Source of the DNA: Thermoproteaceae archaeon | GTDB taxonomy: Archaea > Thermoproteota > Thermoprotei > Thermoproteales > Thermoproteaceae | Assembly (NCBI GenBank): GCA_020833025.1 | Contig: JAJHRB010000024.1 | Span: forward strand, 1-19,274 | Direction of reading: 5' to 3' | Length of the DNA stretch: 19,274 bases | In this document: positions 1-8,741 of the stretch, piece after piece | Position numbering within the stretch: the first letter of the stretch is position 1 | Layout of the letters: each line of letters opens with the position of its first letter | Program-made: the position numbers and the translations under genes | Notes under the pieces: generated by a model | The model's input: only the letters and a program-made list of their open reading frames with translations | The model's database searches: none | Told to the model about the DNA's origin: nothing

Positions 1-1
1 C

Positions 2-163
2 GGCCGGCTGAGGAGGCTGATCAGGGGGCTGGCTGCCTGGTACGGAGCCCCGTGCATCGAGGCAAGGCTCTACTCAACTGTGTGCCCGAGATGCGGCGCG
101 AAAATGCTGGAGCTGCAAAACCGCCACGTTAGGTGCCCGAAGTGCGGCATGGAGGCGCGCCGT
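2..163 (+). mobile_element. 3' fragment of an IS200/IS605-family TnpB (OrfB)-like Zn-ribbon protein; 5' part is outside the window and the C-terminus appears truncated
   Basis: Frame 2 from the window edge reads GRLRRLIRGLAAWYGAPCIEARLYSTVCPRCGAKMLELQNRHVRCPKCGMEARR. This matches the TnpB pattern (A.W.G...YS..CP.CG...C..CG..RD). The expected RuvC-III Asp after 'R' is absent. The frame continues antisense into enolase to a stop at 409. Confidence 0.65.
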
Positions 164-1416
164 CAGCGGATGCGCGAAATTACAGCCCACTTGCCGAGAT
201 GCTCACCTATCCTTATCAGCTCGTTCAGCTTTGCCGTCCTCTCCCCGCCGGATATTCCCGTCTTGATCACCTCAGCGCCGGCGCCAACGGCCACGTGGGC
301 CAGCGTCTTGTACTCGGTGTCTCCGGATCTGTGGGAAACGATGACCCTCATGCCGTACCTCCTGGCTGTCTCAACCGCGCGTAGAGTCCTGAGCAGGGTC
401 CCCACCTGATCGGGCTTGATTATGACTCCCGTCGCCGCTTTGAGTCTGCCGCCCTGCTCTATGCGCTCGGGGCTCGTCGCGAAGATGTCGTCACCGACTA
501 TGAGCCTCTCCTTGAATCTTTCCGCCAGCTCGGCGAATGACTGGAAGTCCTCCTCGTGGAACGGATCCTCCACGTATATCAGGTCGAACTCCTCTATCAG
601 CTTCGTCACGAACTGCAGCTGCTCTCTGGGCCCGCGCTCGACTCCCTCGTTCCTGTATACATACTTGCTTCCGCTCCAGAGGCTTGATGCGGCTACGTCA
701 ACGCCGAGCCCTATCTCAATTCCGAGCTCCCTCCCGACCTCGGCCGCGGCGTCCTTGATTATTTTCAAGGCAGTGCGCGAAGAGATCCTGGGCGTCCACG
801 CGCCCTCGTCATTCCTGCCTCCCGTGAACGTGCTGTCGACCTTCACGATCTCCCTGACCACCCTCTTGTGTATCTCGGCATTTGCGCAAACGGCAGCCAG
901 GATGTCAGGCGGGTTGAGCGGTACTACTAGGAATTCTTGTATGTCGGGCCCGAGCCCTCTGCTGTGTTTGCCGCCGCCGATGACGTTACCAAGCGGTAGG
1001 GGGAGCCTTCTCGCGTAGGCGCCGCCTATGAAGGCGAACAGAGGGAGCCCGAGCGACGCAGCGCCGGCCTCCGCCGCGGCGAGCGATGTAGCTATGGCTG
1101 TCGCGCCGCCTATGCGCTCGAACCTCCAAGTGCCGTCTATTTCCTCGAGCTTGCCGTCAACAGTGTACGGCTCCGTCACGTCAAGTCCCGCGATTTCAGG
1201 CGCGACGAGCCTCTCAAACGCCGAGATGGCCGCGTCTATGCCGCCCTCGGGGAAGTAGACAACCTCGTGAGTCCCCCGGGACGCGCCGGCGGGGGCCGCG
1301 GCCCTGGCCGTGAGCGTGTCGCCAGTAACTGGGTCCTCCACTGTCAGCTCGACCTCGAGCGTTAGGTCGCCGCGCCCCGTGAACACCTTCCGGATCCACG
1401 CATCCTTGATTTGCAC
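163..1416 (-). CDS. eno: Enolase (phosphopyruvate hydratase), divergent Thermoproteales type
   Basis: 417 aa, GTG start. Motifs NVIGGGKH, DIQEF, DEGA, GVDVAAS, YVEDPF.E.D, IVGDD, IIKPDQVG, SHRSGDTE, ERTAKLNELIRI. Confidence 0.97.
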   Translation of the reverse strand: MQIKDAWIRKVFTGRGDLTLEVELTVEDPVTGDTLTARAAAPAGASRGTHEVVYFPEGGIDAAISAFERLVAPEIAGLDVTEPYTVDGKLEEIDGTWRFERIGGATAIATSLAAAEAGAASLGLPLFAFIGGAYARRLPLPLGNVIGGGKHSRGLGPDIQEFLVVPLNPPDILAAVCANAEIHKRVVREIVKVDSTFTGGRNDEGAWTPRISSRTALKIIKDAAAEVGRELGIEIGLGVDVAASSLWSGSKYVYRNEGVERGPREQLQFVTKLIEEFDLIYVEDPFHEEDFQSFAELAERFKERLIVGDDIFATSPERIEQGGRLKAATGVIIKPDQVGTLLRTLRAVETARRYGMRVIVSHRSGDTEYKTLAHVAVGAGAEVIKTGISGGERTAKLNELIRIGEHLGKWAVISRIR

Positions 1417-1435
1417 GGAGGGGAGCTGCCTGGAT

Positions 1436-1443
1436 GTTAAAAA
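1436..1443 (-). promoter_or_regulatory. TATA box for eno
   Basis: TTTTTAAC on the minus strand, 19 nt upstream of the GTG at 1416; consistent with a leaderless transcript. Confidence 0.6.
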
Positions 1444-1502
1444 TGGCTTGAAGCGAGCAACTGTGCCTAGCTGCCTCTGAAGGCCGCGGCAGCCACGGCG
1501 CG

Positions 1503-2102
1503 CTATAAAACCGGGCGCGCAGTAGTGGAGAGGACCCGCTTGAACCCCTCGCTTCTCGTTATCGCTACCACGTCAATGCCCTCTCCAGATCCCGGGTCGT
1601 TCTTTATCGCCGCGCTGACTGCCCTCACTGCGAGCTCGACAGCCTCGTCAAGGCTCATGCCCTCCCTGTAACCAACCTCGAGCACTCCCTTGGCATAAGG
1701 CGAGCCGCTGCCGGTCGCCACGTATTTCTCCTTCGTGACCGTGCCGAGCCAGTCCGTCATGTACAGCACGGCGCCTTCATCCTCGTCGACGCCGCCAATT
1801 ATTGAGTGCACCAGGTACACGTAAGGCCGCGAGTAGAACAGCACGAGCGACACGTAGTTCACGAGTGCCCTTATTGGTATCGGCCTTCCGTGCGCGAGCC
1901 TATACTCCCTAGCGCGCGTGGTGAGCAACGCGAGCAGAGACTGCAGGTCGGCAACGCCTCCCGACATCGTCGCCGCGACGTGGCCGTCTATCTTCCATAT
2001 CTTCTCCCCGCGCTTGTGCGCTATGTAGTAACCAGCAGTCACGCGCTTGTCAGTGGCGAGCACCACGCCGCCGTTAAACACGAAACCTACTGTCGTGGTC
2101 AT
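1503..2102 (-). CDS. psmB: Proteasome beta subunit
   Basis: M-TTTVG N-terminus; ATDKRVTAG, SGGVAD and ATGSGS motifs of Ntn-hydrolase beta subunits. Confidence 0.96.
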   Translation of the reverse strand: MTTTVGFVFNGGVVLATDKRVTAGYYIAHKRGEKIWKIDGHVAATMSGGVADLQSLLALLTTRAREYRLAHGRPIPIRALVNYVSLVLFYSRPYVYLVHSIIGGVDEDEGAVLYMTDWLGTVTKEKYVATGSGSPYAKGVLEVGYREGMSLDEAVELAVRAVSAAIKNDPGSGEGIDVVAITRSEGFKRVLSTTARPVL

Positions 2103-2114
2103 CCGCGTGCCAGA

Positions 2115-2804
2115 TCAGCCTTTCAGCTCAACCTCCTCGACGAACTTCACGCGTTTTATGTTAGCGAATCTCCCCGACACGTCCGCGGCGTACTGCAGCA
2201 GCACGCTGCCCAGCCGCTCGTAGAGCAGGGCCTCCGCCGGCAGGTACACCGTCATGGTGTCGCCCTCAACCGCTACCTTCAGCTTCTCGCCCGGCAGTTT
2301 GGGCAGGTAGCGCCTCAGCAGCGCCACGGCCCTCTCCTCCACGCTCACCAGCCTCTTCACAACCCTGCCCCTGACTATAATTACCCTGCCGGCCAGCGGG
2401 TGGTTGAAGTCGAGCACCACTCTGCCGCCGGATATTGAAATTACTCTTGCCTTTTGCCCGTCAAAGTCAACAACGTCGCCGACATTAGGCACGAGCCCGC
2501 GCCTGTGGAACTCGCGTATTGACACAGTCCTCACTTTGCTGGAGTCCCTGACACCGTAGGCCTTCTCCGGTGGCACCTCGACCTCAAAGTCCTGGCCCTC
2601 GTCCAGGCTGAGCAACGCGCTCTCCACGGGCTCCCACAGCGGAGTCTCGCCGAGGATTACGAGGCGGGGGCCATAAACGCCATCCGGCCTGTATATGCCG
2701 GCCTCTCTGGCCACGGATTCTTGCGTTGTCTCCACGACTTTATTCTCCTCCTTCACTACTACGGTGTAGTCAAGCAGTATGTATTCTCCCTTTGTGAGCG
2801 GCAT
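2115..2804 (-). CDS. Long-type archaeal FKBP peptidyl-prolyl cis-trans isomerase (SlyD-like)
   Basis: LDYTV, VETT, VEVPPEKAYG, LDFNHPLAG plus an archaeal C-terminal extension. ATG at 2804 preferred; alternative GTG at 2810 overlaps the rps17e stop. Confidence 0.93.
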   Translation of the reverse strand: MPLTKGEYILLDYTVVVKEENKVVETTQESVAREAGIYRPDGVYGPRLVILGETPLWEPVESALLSLDEGQDFEVEVPPEKAYGVRDSSKVRTVSIREFHRRGLVPNVGDVVDFDGQKARVISISGGRVVLDFNHPLAGRVIIVRGRVVKRLVSVEERAVALLRRYLPKLPGEKLKVAVEGDTMTVYLPAEALLYERLGSVLLQYAADVSGRFANIKRVKFVEEVELKG

Positions 2805-2806
2805 GT

Positions 2807-3034
2807 TCACGTAACAGCCAGGCCGGCCCTCCCCTGTGCCTCCTCCGCCTTTCTTCTCTTGATGAGCCTGGTTATGTAACCGGCAATCCTGTTCCTGACG
2901 GTCTTGCTAGGGACGTCTGCGAGCTCGGCTACCACGCGCTTGTTATGCTCGAAACTGTCGGTAAACTTGTCCGGGTACGCCTCGATCAGCCTCTCTGCAA
3001 GAGACTTGATGAACTTAGGCTTCACTCTGCCCAC
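2807..3034 (-). CDS. rps17e: 30S ribosomal protein S17e
   Basis: [16 protein letters not shown]...F..NK.VV......[13 protein letters not shown] is the S17e signature. Confidence 0.97.
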   Translation of the reverse strand: MGRVKPKFIKSLAERLIEAYPDKFTDSFEHNKRVVAELADVPSKTVRNRIAGYITRLIKRRKAEEAQGRAGLAVT

Positions 3035-3227
3035 GAGGGCTCAGATCCTGCGCGGGTTTTTAGCCTTGATCGTAATTCCAGCCGCACGCGAGCTGACCCG
3101 CGCGGGCGGCGTCGAGCATCATCACGCGCAAATCCGCACGCCCTGCCGGTGCGCACTGATAGGGCATGACATGCAACGGTGGAGGCGCGTGAGCCGCACA
3201 GAATTCGAGCCCTGCGGGCCCGGAATT

Positions 3228-3235
3228 CTTTTAAG
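3228..3235 (+). promoter_or_regulatory. TATA box for the rpl2 operon, preceded by an imperfect inverted repeat (3201-3228)
   Basis: CTTTTAAG ends 21 nt before ATG 3257. Upstream lies GAATTCGAGCCC-TGC-GGGCCCGGAATTC. Confidence 0.6.
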
Positions 3236-3256
3236 CATGGAGGCCCTTCACGCATA

Positions 3257-3994
3257 ATGGGCAAGCGGCTGCTTGTGCAGCGGAGGGGCAGGGGAGGCTC
3301 CCAGTTCATATCGCCGAGCTGGAAGCGTGACGGTCCAGTGAGATACCCACCGCCAGAGGTGCTGCAGGGCAGAGGTTACGTCGTAGAGCTGCTCCACGAG
3401 CCCGGTCTCAACGCGCCAGTGGCGAGAATAAGGCTCGAAAGCGGTATCGAGTTTCTCAATTACGCTGCCGAGGGTCTCTATGTCGGCCAGGCAATTGAGG
3501 TTGGGAGGGGCGCCCCGCCCAAGCCCGGGAATATCATGGTGCTGGGCGAGATACCGGAGGGTACGATGGTATTCAACATTGAGAAGAGGCCAGGCGACGG
3601 CGGCAAGTTCGCCAGAGCCAGCGGGACTTACGCCGTCATTGCCGGCCAGAAGCCCGAGGAGGGCAAGACGCTGGTGAGGCTCCCAAGCGGCAGGGTCGTG
3701 GAGGTCGAGGCTACAGGGAGGGCAACAGTCGGCATAGTGGCAGGAGGGGGGAGGGTCGAGAAGCCGCTCTTGAAGGCCGGCAGAAAGTACCACAGATCGC
3801 GCGCAAAGGCGTGGAAGTACCCGACCGTCAGGGGCAAGGCCATGTCGCCGTATGCCCACCCGCACGGCGGCGGCTCGCACCAAACGGGCGGCAGGCCCGT
3901 CCCGAAGACTGCACCGCCAGGCCAGAAGGTCGGCTTCTACGGCTCGAGGTGCACTGGCCGCGGCTGCGTCAGAGCGAGGGCCCAGCAGCAGTGA
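3257..3994 (+). CDS. rpl2: 50S ribosomal protein L2 (uL2)
   Basis: [56 protein letters not shown]. The true start is ATG 3257, not 3179. Confidence 0.97.
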   Translation: MGKRLLVQRRGRGGSQFISPSWKRDGPVRYPPPEVLQGRGYVVELLHEPGLNAPVARIRLESGIEFLNYAAEGLYVGQAIEVGRGAPPKPGNIMVLGEIPEGTMVFNIEKRPGDGGKFARASGTYAVIAGQKPEEGKTLVRLPSGRVVEVEATGRATVGIVAGGGRVEKPLLKAGRKYHRSRAKAWKYPTVRGKAMSPYAHPHGGGSHQTGGRPVPKTAPPGQKVGFYGSRCTGRGCVRARAQQQ

Positions 3995-5052
3995 TAGATA
4001 GGCGCAAGGAGGAGCACATCATACTGGCGCTGCTGGAGGAGTCCCAGTACGGGAGCTCCTGGCTCGACGAGGTCTACCTAATTCACAACGCGCTGCCCGA
4101 GCTTGACCTGTCAGACATAGACCTAACTGCGCGCTTCCTTGGTGTGAGGGTGAGTGCGCCGCTCGGGATTGGCGCTATCACGGGGGGCACCGAGCTCGCC
4201 GGGAGAATAAACGCCGCGCTTGCAAGGGCGGCGGAGGAGCTCGGCATACCGATTTACGTGGGCTCGCAGAGAATAGCGCTGCTGAAGCCGGAGATCAGGT
4301 GGACGTTCGAGGTCGTGAGGCAGAACGCGCCAACGGTACCCAAGGTGGCAAACCTCGGGGCGCCGCAGCTCGCAAAGCTGCCGGAGGAGGAGCTGGCAGA
4401 GTGGGCATCTCAGGCCGTGGAGATGATAGACGCGCACGCCATAGCGATACACCTAAATGCCGTTCAGGAGGTAATCCAGCCTGAGGGAGAGCCTGGCCTC
4501 AAGGGCGTGCTGGAGAAAATAACGGCGGTGAGGAGGGCCGTGGGAAGGCCCGTGATAGTTAAGGAGGTAGGCTGCGGGATCTCCAAGGAGGCCGCCGCGC
4601 GCCTCTCTGCGGCGGCGGATGCGATTGACGTCGGAGGCTTCGGCGGCACGTCATTCGCCGCGATAGAGGGCGCGAGGGCGCAGATTACCGGCGCGTGGCT
4701 GCACAAGAGAATTGCCGAGACCTTCAGGCAGTGGGGAATACCGACAGCGGCGTCGATATGTGAGGTAAAGTCTGTGTACTCTGGCTTTATTATCGCGTCT
4801 GGCGGCATAAGGAGCGGTCTCGACGGCGTCAAGGCGCTGGCGCTCGGCGCGCATTTCTTCACAATGTCCTACCCGCTCCTGAGGGCAGCCGTGGAGGGGA
4901 GGATCAAGGAGGAAGTCGAGGCAATCATGATGGAGGTGAAAGTCGCCATGTTCCTCCTCGGCGCTAGAAAGGTAGAGGACCTGGCAAGAGCCCCGAGAGT
5001 CTACGGTCCCAGACTGAAGGGCTGGATAGAGCAAAGAGACCTCAAGTGCTAG
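3991..5052 (+). CDS. fni: Type 2 (FMN-dependent) isopentenyl-diphosphate delta-isomerase
   Basis: RKEEHI, HNALPE, ITGG, VGSQR, HLNAVQE.IQPEG, KEVGCG, GGTSF, WGIPT, SGGIRSG. GTG at 3991 overlaps the rpl2 stop (GTGA). Confidence 0.96.
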   Translation: MIDRRKEEHIILALLEESQYGSSWLDEVYLIHNALPELDLSDIDLTARFLGVRVSAPLGIGAITGGTELAGRINAALARAAEELGIPIYVGSQRIALLKPEIRWTFEVVRQNAPTVPKVANLGAPQLAKLPEEELAEWASQAVEMIDAHAIAIHLNAVQEVIQPEGEPGLKGVLEKITAVRRAVGRPVIVKEVGCGISKEAAARLSAAADAIDVGGFGGTSFAAIEGARAQITGAWLHKRIAETFRQWGIPTAASICEVKSVYSGFIIASGGIRSGLDGVKALALGAHFFTMSYPLLRAAVEGRIKEEVEAIMMEVKVAMFLLGARKVEDLARAPRVYGPRLKGWIEQRDLKC

Positions 5053-5056
5053 CCGC

Positions 5057-5386
5057 ATGTCGTGCCCGAAGTGCGGCTCCGGCGACGTGATGCTGCTGCC
5101 CAGCAATGAGTTTGCGTGCAAGCACTGCGGGCACAAGTGGCCAATACCGCAGGTCGACTACTCGTGGGTCGAGGTTGAGGTGAAGAAGGCAAGGCTGTTC
5201 GAGAGGTATATCGACGCGCCGATCGAGACATGCGAGAGGCTCCTCGCCGAGCTCGCGAAAGAACTTAACGAGAGAGACGCGAGAATTCTCGCCGCCAAGA
5301 TCCTCCTCATGAGGGCTTACAGACGCAGGCTCTCTCAGAGCGAGCTTCAGAGGCTACACGCCGAGGCCGATAAGTGTTTTCAATGA
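5057..5386 (+). CDS. Hypothetical protein with N-terminal Zn ribbon
   Basis: CPKCG-x15-CKHCG followed by a helical domain; 4-nt gap after fni and ATGA overlap with the next gene. Confidence 0.85.
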   Translation: MSCPKCGSGDVMLLPSNEFACKHCGHKWPIPQVDYSWVEVEVKKARLFERYIDAPIETCERLLAELAKELNERDARILAAKILLMRAYRRRLSQSELQRLHAEADKCFQ

Positions 5387-6117
5387 TTGTTGACATATCC
5401 GCAAAGCCTGACGTGCATAGGTTCGCCGCGGCGTCCGTCACTATCAACGGTGCCGACTGCAACACCGCGGCGGCCGTGAGGGCTGCTGAAAGCGCTTACA
5501 GGTTCCTCCCGTTCCTGCACCCGCTGCGGCTAACAGCGGGCGCGTGCTGCGAGGGGCGCAGGCTTTATGTCAGAGGCGCGGCGCTCTGGAGCACGGGCGT
5601 CGAGATGGACGCGCTCTTCGGCGCGCTCGTGGGGGCGATAGCCTCAGGCTCGAGCGAGTTGAGAGACCTGGCGGTGGAGGTTAAGCTCAAGGGTCTCGCG
5701 CGCGGCGTCACGGGCTGCGAGGGCTCCGGGGGGACTCTGGCGAGGGGGGAGGGGCTCGCCGCGTCGGCTTACGGCGAGATGGAGGTGAGGAGCTGCGAGC
5801 GCGTCAGGGATCCCACAGACAAGGGCCACCCGATTTACGCCGCCCAGACAGCAGCCGCGTTAAATGTCAAGAGGCTGTGCGAGCTCGTGGAGGGTCCCTG
5901 CCCTGCAATTCGGCACTTCAAGATCGACATAGACGTGAGGGGCTGTCTCGTCACGGCAAGCGCTAAGGTAGCGGCCAGGGACCTCTCCCCGGCGCCAGAG
6001 GCCATGTTTGCGGTGGGCGTCGCGCTACTGACGATATGGGACGTGATCAAGAAGTGGGAGAAGGACGAGAGCGGTCAATACCCCGGTACTAGAATTAGGC
6101 TGATAGCCCTGCTGTGA
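5383..6117 (+). CDS. moaC: Cyclic pyranopterin monophosphate synthase MoaC, tandem two-domain form
   Basis: N-terminal half has VDISAK, LPFLHPL and TGVEMDAL. C-terminal half has KGHPIYAAQTAA..VKRLCEL and TIWDVIKKWEKDESGQYPGT. Confidence 0.88.
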   Translation: MIVDISAKPDVHRFAAASVTINGADCNTAAAVRAAESAYRFLPFLHPLRLTAGACCEGRRLYVRGAALWSTGVEMDALFGALVGAIASGSSELRDLAVEVKLKGLARGVTGCEGSGGTLARGEGLAASAYGEMEVRSCERVRDPTDKGHPIYAAQTAAALNVKRLCELVEGPCPAIRHFKIDIDVRGCLVTASAKVAARDLSPAPEAMFAVGVALLTIWDVIKKWEKDESGQYPGTRIRLIALL

Positions 6118-6176
6118 CGCCCTGCCGGCGCTGGCAGACCCCTCAGGCATAATTACCCGCGAGTCCTTCAGGAGTA

Positions 6177-7466
6177 ATGCTTCCGCGGGAGCTGGATGAG
6201 ATAATAGATTTAGTGATAAGGCATAATACTTGGAGACGCAAGGAGACAATAAATCTAATTGCAAGCGAAAATGTAATGTCCCCGCTTGCAGAGCTGTTCT
6301 ACATAAATGACATGGTGGGGCGCTACGCCGAGGGGACAGTGGGCAGTAGGTACTATCAAGGAACGAAGTACATTGACACAATAGAGGGCATGCTCGCGAG
6401 CAGATTTGCGAGGGTCCTCGGCGCCAGATACATTGACGTGAGGCCCATATCGGGCACCGTGGCGAATCTCGCGACGTATTTCGCGCTCGTGCCGGAGGGG
6501 GGTCTCGTCGCGTCGCTGCCGGTGAGGTGCGGCGGCCACATAAGCCACAACACCGTTGGCGGCCTCAGGGCTCTGAGGCTCAGAGCCGTCGAGCTGCCGT
6601 GCGACCCGGAGAGCTTCAACGTCGACGTCGAGAGAGCGCGCAAGATAGTCCTCGAGAGCAGGCCAAATCTAGTAATCCTCGGGGGCTCTCTCTACCTCTT
6701 CCCGCACCCCGTTAAGGAGCTCGCCGGAGTCGCCGAGACTGCCAAGTCCTGCGTCCTCCACGACTCAGCGCACGTCCTGGGCCTCATAATAGGCGGCGCA
6801 TTCCCCAACCCTCTGGCGGAGGGCGCGCGCGTGATGACAGCATCCACGCACAAGACGTTCCCGGGCCCTCAGGGCGGCTTGATAGCCTCGGCTCTCGACG
6901 ACGAGCTGAACGAGAGAATTAAGAGAGCCGTGTTCCCGGTGTTCACGTCAAATTACCACATGCACCGCTACGCAGCAACGTACGTAACGCTGCTGGAGAT
7001 GGAGACCTTCGGGGAGGAGTACGCCGCGAGAGTTGTCGCGAACGCGAGGGCGCTGGCCGAGGCGCTGGCGGCAGAAGGCGTGATGCCCGTCGCAGAGAGG
7101 TACGGGTTCACGAGGACTCATCAAGTGGCGGTAGATGTGTCAAAATTCGGCGGCGGCAACAAAGTTGCGTATCTGCTGGAGCAAGCAAACATAATAGTGA
7201 ACAAGAACATGCTGCCGTGGGATAAGAGCGCTGTGAGACCTAGCGGTATTAGAATCGGCGTTCAAGAGATCACGCGGTACGGCATGGGAAAGGACGAGAT
7301 GAGGGAGATAGCCAGGCTCATAGCGCGAGTGCTACGAGGGGAGGACATTAATGCGGTGAGGCGCGATGTCATTGAGCTCAGAAGGAGCTTTCTCGAGATA
7401 AAGTATGGATTTAAAATAAACAGAGAGCTTGTCGAGAGAGTTTTCGGCTCGCTGAACCTGCTATAG
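6177..7466 (+). CDS. glyA: Serine hydroxymethyltransferase
   Basis: [39 protein letters not shown] (PLP lysine), NKN.LP.D, SGIRIG. Confidence 0.97.
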   Translation: MLPRELDEIIDLVIRHNTWRRKETINLIASENVMSPLAELFYINDMVGRYAEGTVGSRYYQGTKYIDTIEGMLASRFARVLGARYIDVRPISGTVANLATYFALVPEGGLVASLPVRCGGHISHNTVGGLRALRLRAVELPCDPESFNVDVERARKIVLESRPNLVILGGSLYLFPHPVKELAGVAETAKSCVLHDSAHVLGLIIGGAFPNPLAEGARVMTASTHKTFPGPQGGLIASALDDELNERIKRAVFPVFTSNYHMHRYAATYVTLLEMETFGEEYAARVVANARALAEALAAEGVMPVAERYGFTRTHQVAVDVSKFGGGNKVAYLLEQANIIVNKNMLPWDKSAVRPSGIRIGVQEITRYGMGKDEMREIARLIARVLRGEDINAVRRDVIELRRSFLEIKYGFKINRELVERVFGSLNLL

Positions 7467-7470
7467 GGAC

Positions 7471-8259
7471 CTATATGCACATCGTGCGCCCGCCATCTAT
7501 GAGAATTAAAGAGCCCGTGATGTAACTGGCCCTGTCAGATGCCAGGAAGGCAACGAGCTCGCCGATCTCCTCCGGCATGGCGAGCCTTCCCAGCGGGATC
7601 TCGCGCTCCATCTCGCGAATTACGTCGGCAACGCTCACTCCACTGCGCCGCGCTCTCTCCGCCGCGACCTCCCGAATGCGCTCCGTGTCGACGTAGCCTT
7701 GCAGAATGCCATTGACGAGAACGTTGTACCTGCCGAGCTGGTACGCGAGCGTCTTGACGAGACCGGCTACTGATATCCTGATAACATTCGACAGCGTGAG
7801 CTCCGGGAGGGGCTGCTTGAGAGTAATCGACGCTATGTAAATCAGCCGGCCCTGCCTTCTCTCAATCATGTGCGGGACAACGTCTCTGGTTATCCACACC
7901 GCGCTCAGCAGGAGCAGCCTAACTCCGTACTCCCAGTCCTCCTCGCTCAGCTCGAGAAACGTGCCGGGCTTGGGCGGGCCGGTGTTGTAGACAAGCACGT
8001 CAACTCTGCCGAAGTTGCGCATCGCCTCGTCGACTATCCTCCTCACGTCCTCTCTCTTGGTGAGGTCCGCGCGCACTGGAATTACGGACACGCCGTATTG
8101 CGAGCTGAGCCTCTTCGCAAGCTCGACGAGCCTGTCGAGACTTCTCGCCGCGATTACCAAGTCTGCGCCCTCCCTTGCCAGCACGGTCGCGACGCCGGCC
8201 CCTATTCCGCGGCTCGCTGCGGTGATTATAGCGGCCCTGCCCCTCAAGAGCACATGCAT
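7471..8259 (-). CDS. Short-chain dehydrogenase/reductase, atypical BKR-like subgroup
   Basis: TAASRGIG, VDVLVYNTGPP, NGILQGYVDT, IPLGR...PEEIG, FLASD.ASYITG. The catalytic YxxxK is replaced by SNVIR. Confidence 0.92.
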   Translation of the reverse strand: MHVLLRGRAAIITAASRGIGAGVATVLAREGADLVIAARSLDRLVELAKRLSSQYGVSVIPVRADLTKREDVRRIVDEAMRNFGRVDVLVYNTGPPKPGTFLELSEEDWEYGVRLLLLSAVWITRDVVPHMIERRQGRLIYIASITLKQPLPELTLSNVIRISVAGLVKTLAYQLGRYNVLVNGILQGYVDTERIREVAAERARRSGVSVADVIREMEREIPLGRLAMPEEIGELVAFLASDRASYITGSLILIDGGRTMCI

Positions 8260-8297
8260 GTGCGCATCGCGTTTTTCAATAGTGACATTACATAGAA

Positions 8298-8305
8298 CTT
8301 TTAAG
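8298..8305 (+). promoter_or_regulatory. TATA box for the CGGC gene (possibly also used leftward for the SDR)
   Basis: CTTTTAAG 20 nt upstream of ATG 8326; reads CTTAAAAG on the minus strand, 38 nt upstream of SDR ATG 8259. Confidence 0.5.
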
Positions 8306-8325
8306 GGCCGGCGGCTTTGCCCACT

Positions 8326-8712
8326 ATGGAAGTCTCCGGCGTTAGAAGAATGGTAATACTTAAGTGCCAGCTAATGTCCTCCCTGAATTTGTGCCCGGGA
8401 GACGCGAAGTGTCTCGTCGCGTTCATGAGAAAGGAGGGCGAGTTCGAGAGATACCGCAGCGTGCCGGCCGCGATAGTGGGTATAATCGACTGCGGCGGCT
8501 GCGACGGGACCCGCGCGGTTCCCAGTCTTGGGCTCCTTAAAATGCACCTCGCCTCCCTGAAGGAGGACGCCGACGTTGTGCACGTGGGCACCTGCATCAC
8601 GAAATTCTGCCCGAGAAAGGACGACATAGTCAAGGCGGTGAGGGAGAGGGCGGGAGTCGAGGTAGTCGAGGGCACTCATAAGTACGTCGTTGAGAGGATA
8701 TTTGGCAAGTAA
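8326..8712 (+). CDS. CGGC-domain protein (putative metal/Fe-S binding)
   Basis: C...CPGD.KC...DCGGC...H.G.C...CP...GTH pattern. ATG 8326 fits the TATA spacing. Confidence 0.88.
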   Translation: MEVSGVRRMVILKCQLMSSLNLCPGDAKCLVAFMRKEGEFERYRSVPAAIVGIIDCGGCDGTRAVPSLGLLKMHLASLKEDADVVHVGTCITKFCPRKDDIVKAVRERAGVEVVEGTHKYVVERIFGK

Positions 8713-8741
8713 TCCCGCGCCCCCAAACTCCGGCCCGTCTG

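Noticed and set aside
416-1258. Long plus-strand ORFs opposite enolase, and similar shadow ORFs opposite psmB, rpl2, SDR, mrp, marC, mbf1 and the GT2
   Set aside because: Antisense shadows of well-supported genes in GC-rich DNA; Ser/Pro/Arg-rich with no motifs.
2859-2898. C/D-like TTGATGA...CTGA antisense to rps17e
   Set aside because: Only 40 nt, with no internal D'/C' boxes; explained by the coding sequence.
3119-3124. Tandem in-frame TGA as selenocysteine or readthrough recoding
   Set aside because: No SECIS-like evidence, no recognisable protein, and Sec usage is not established in Thermoproteales.
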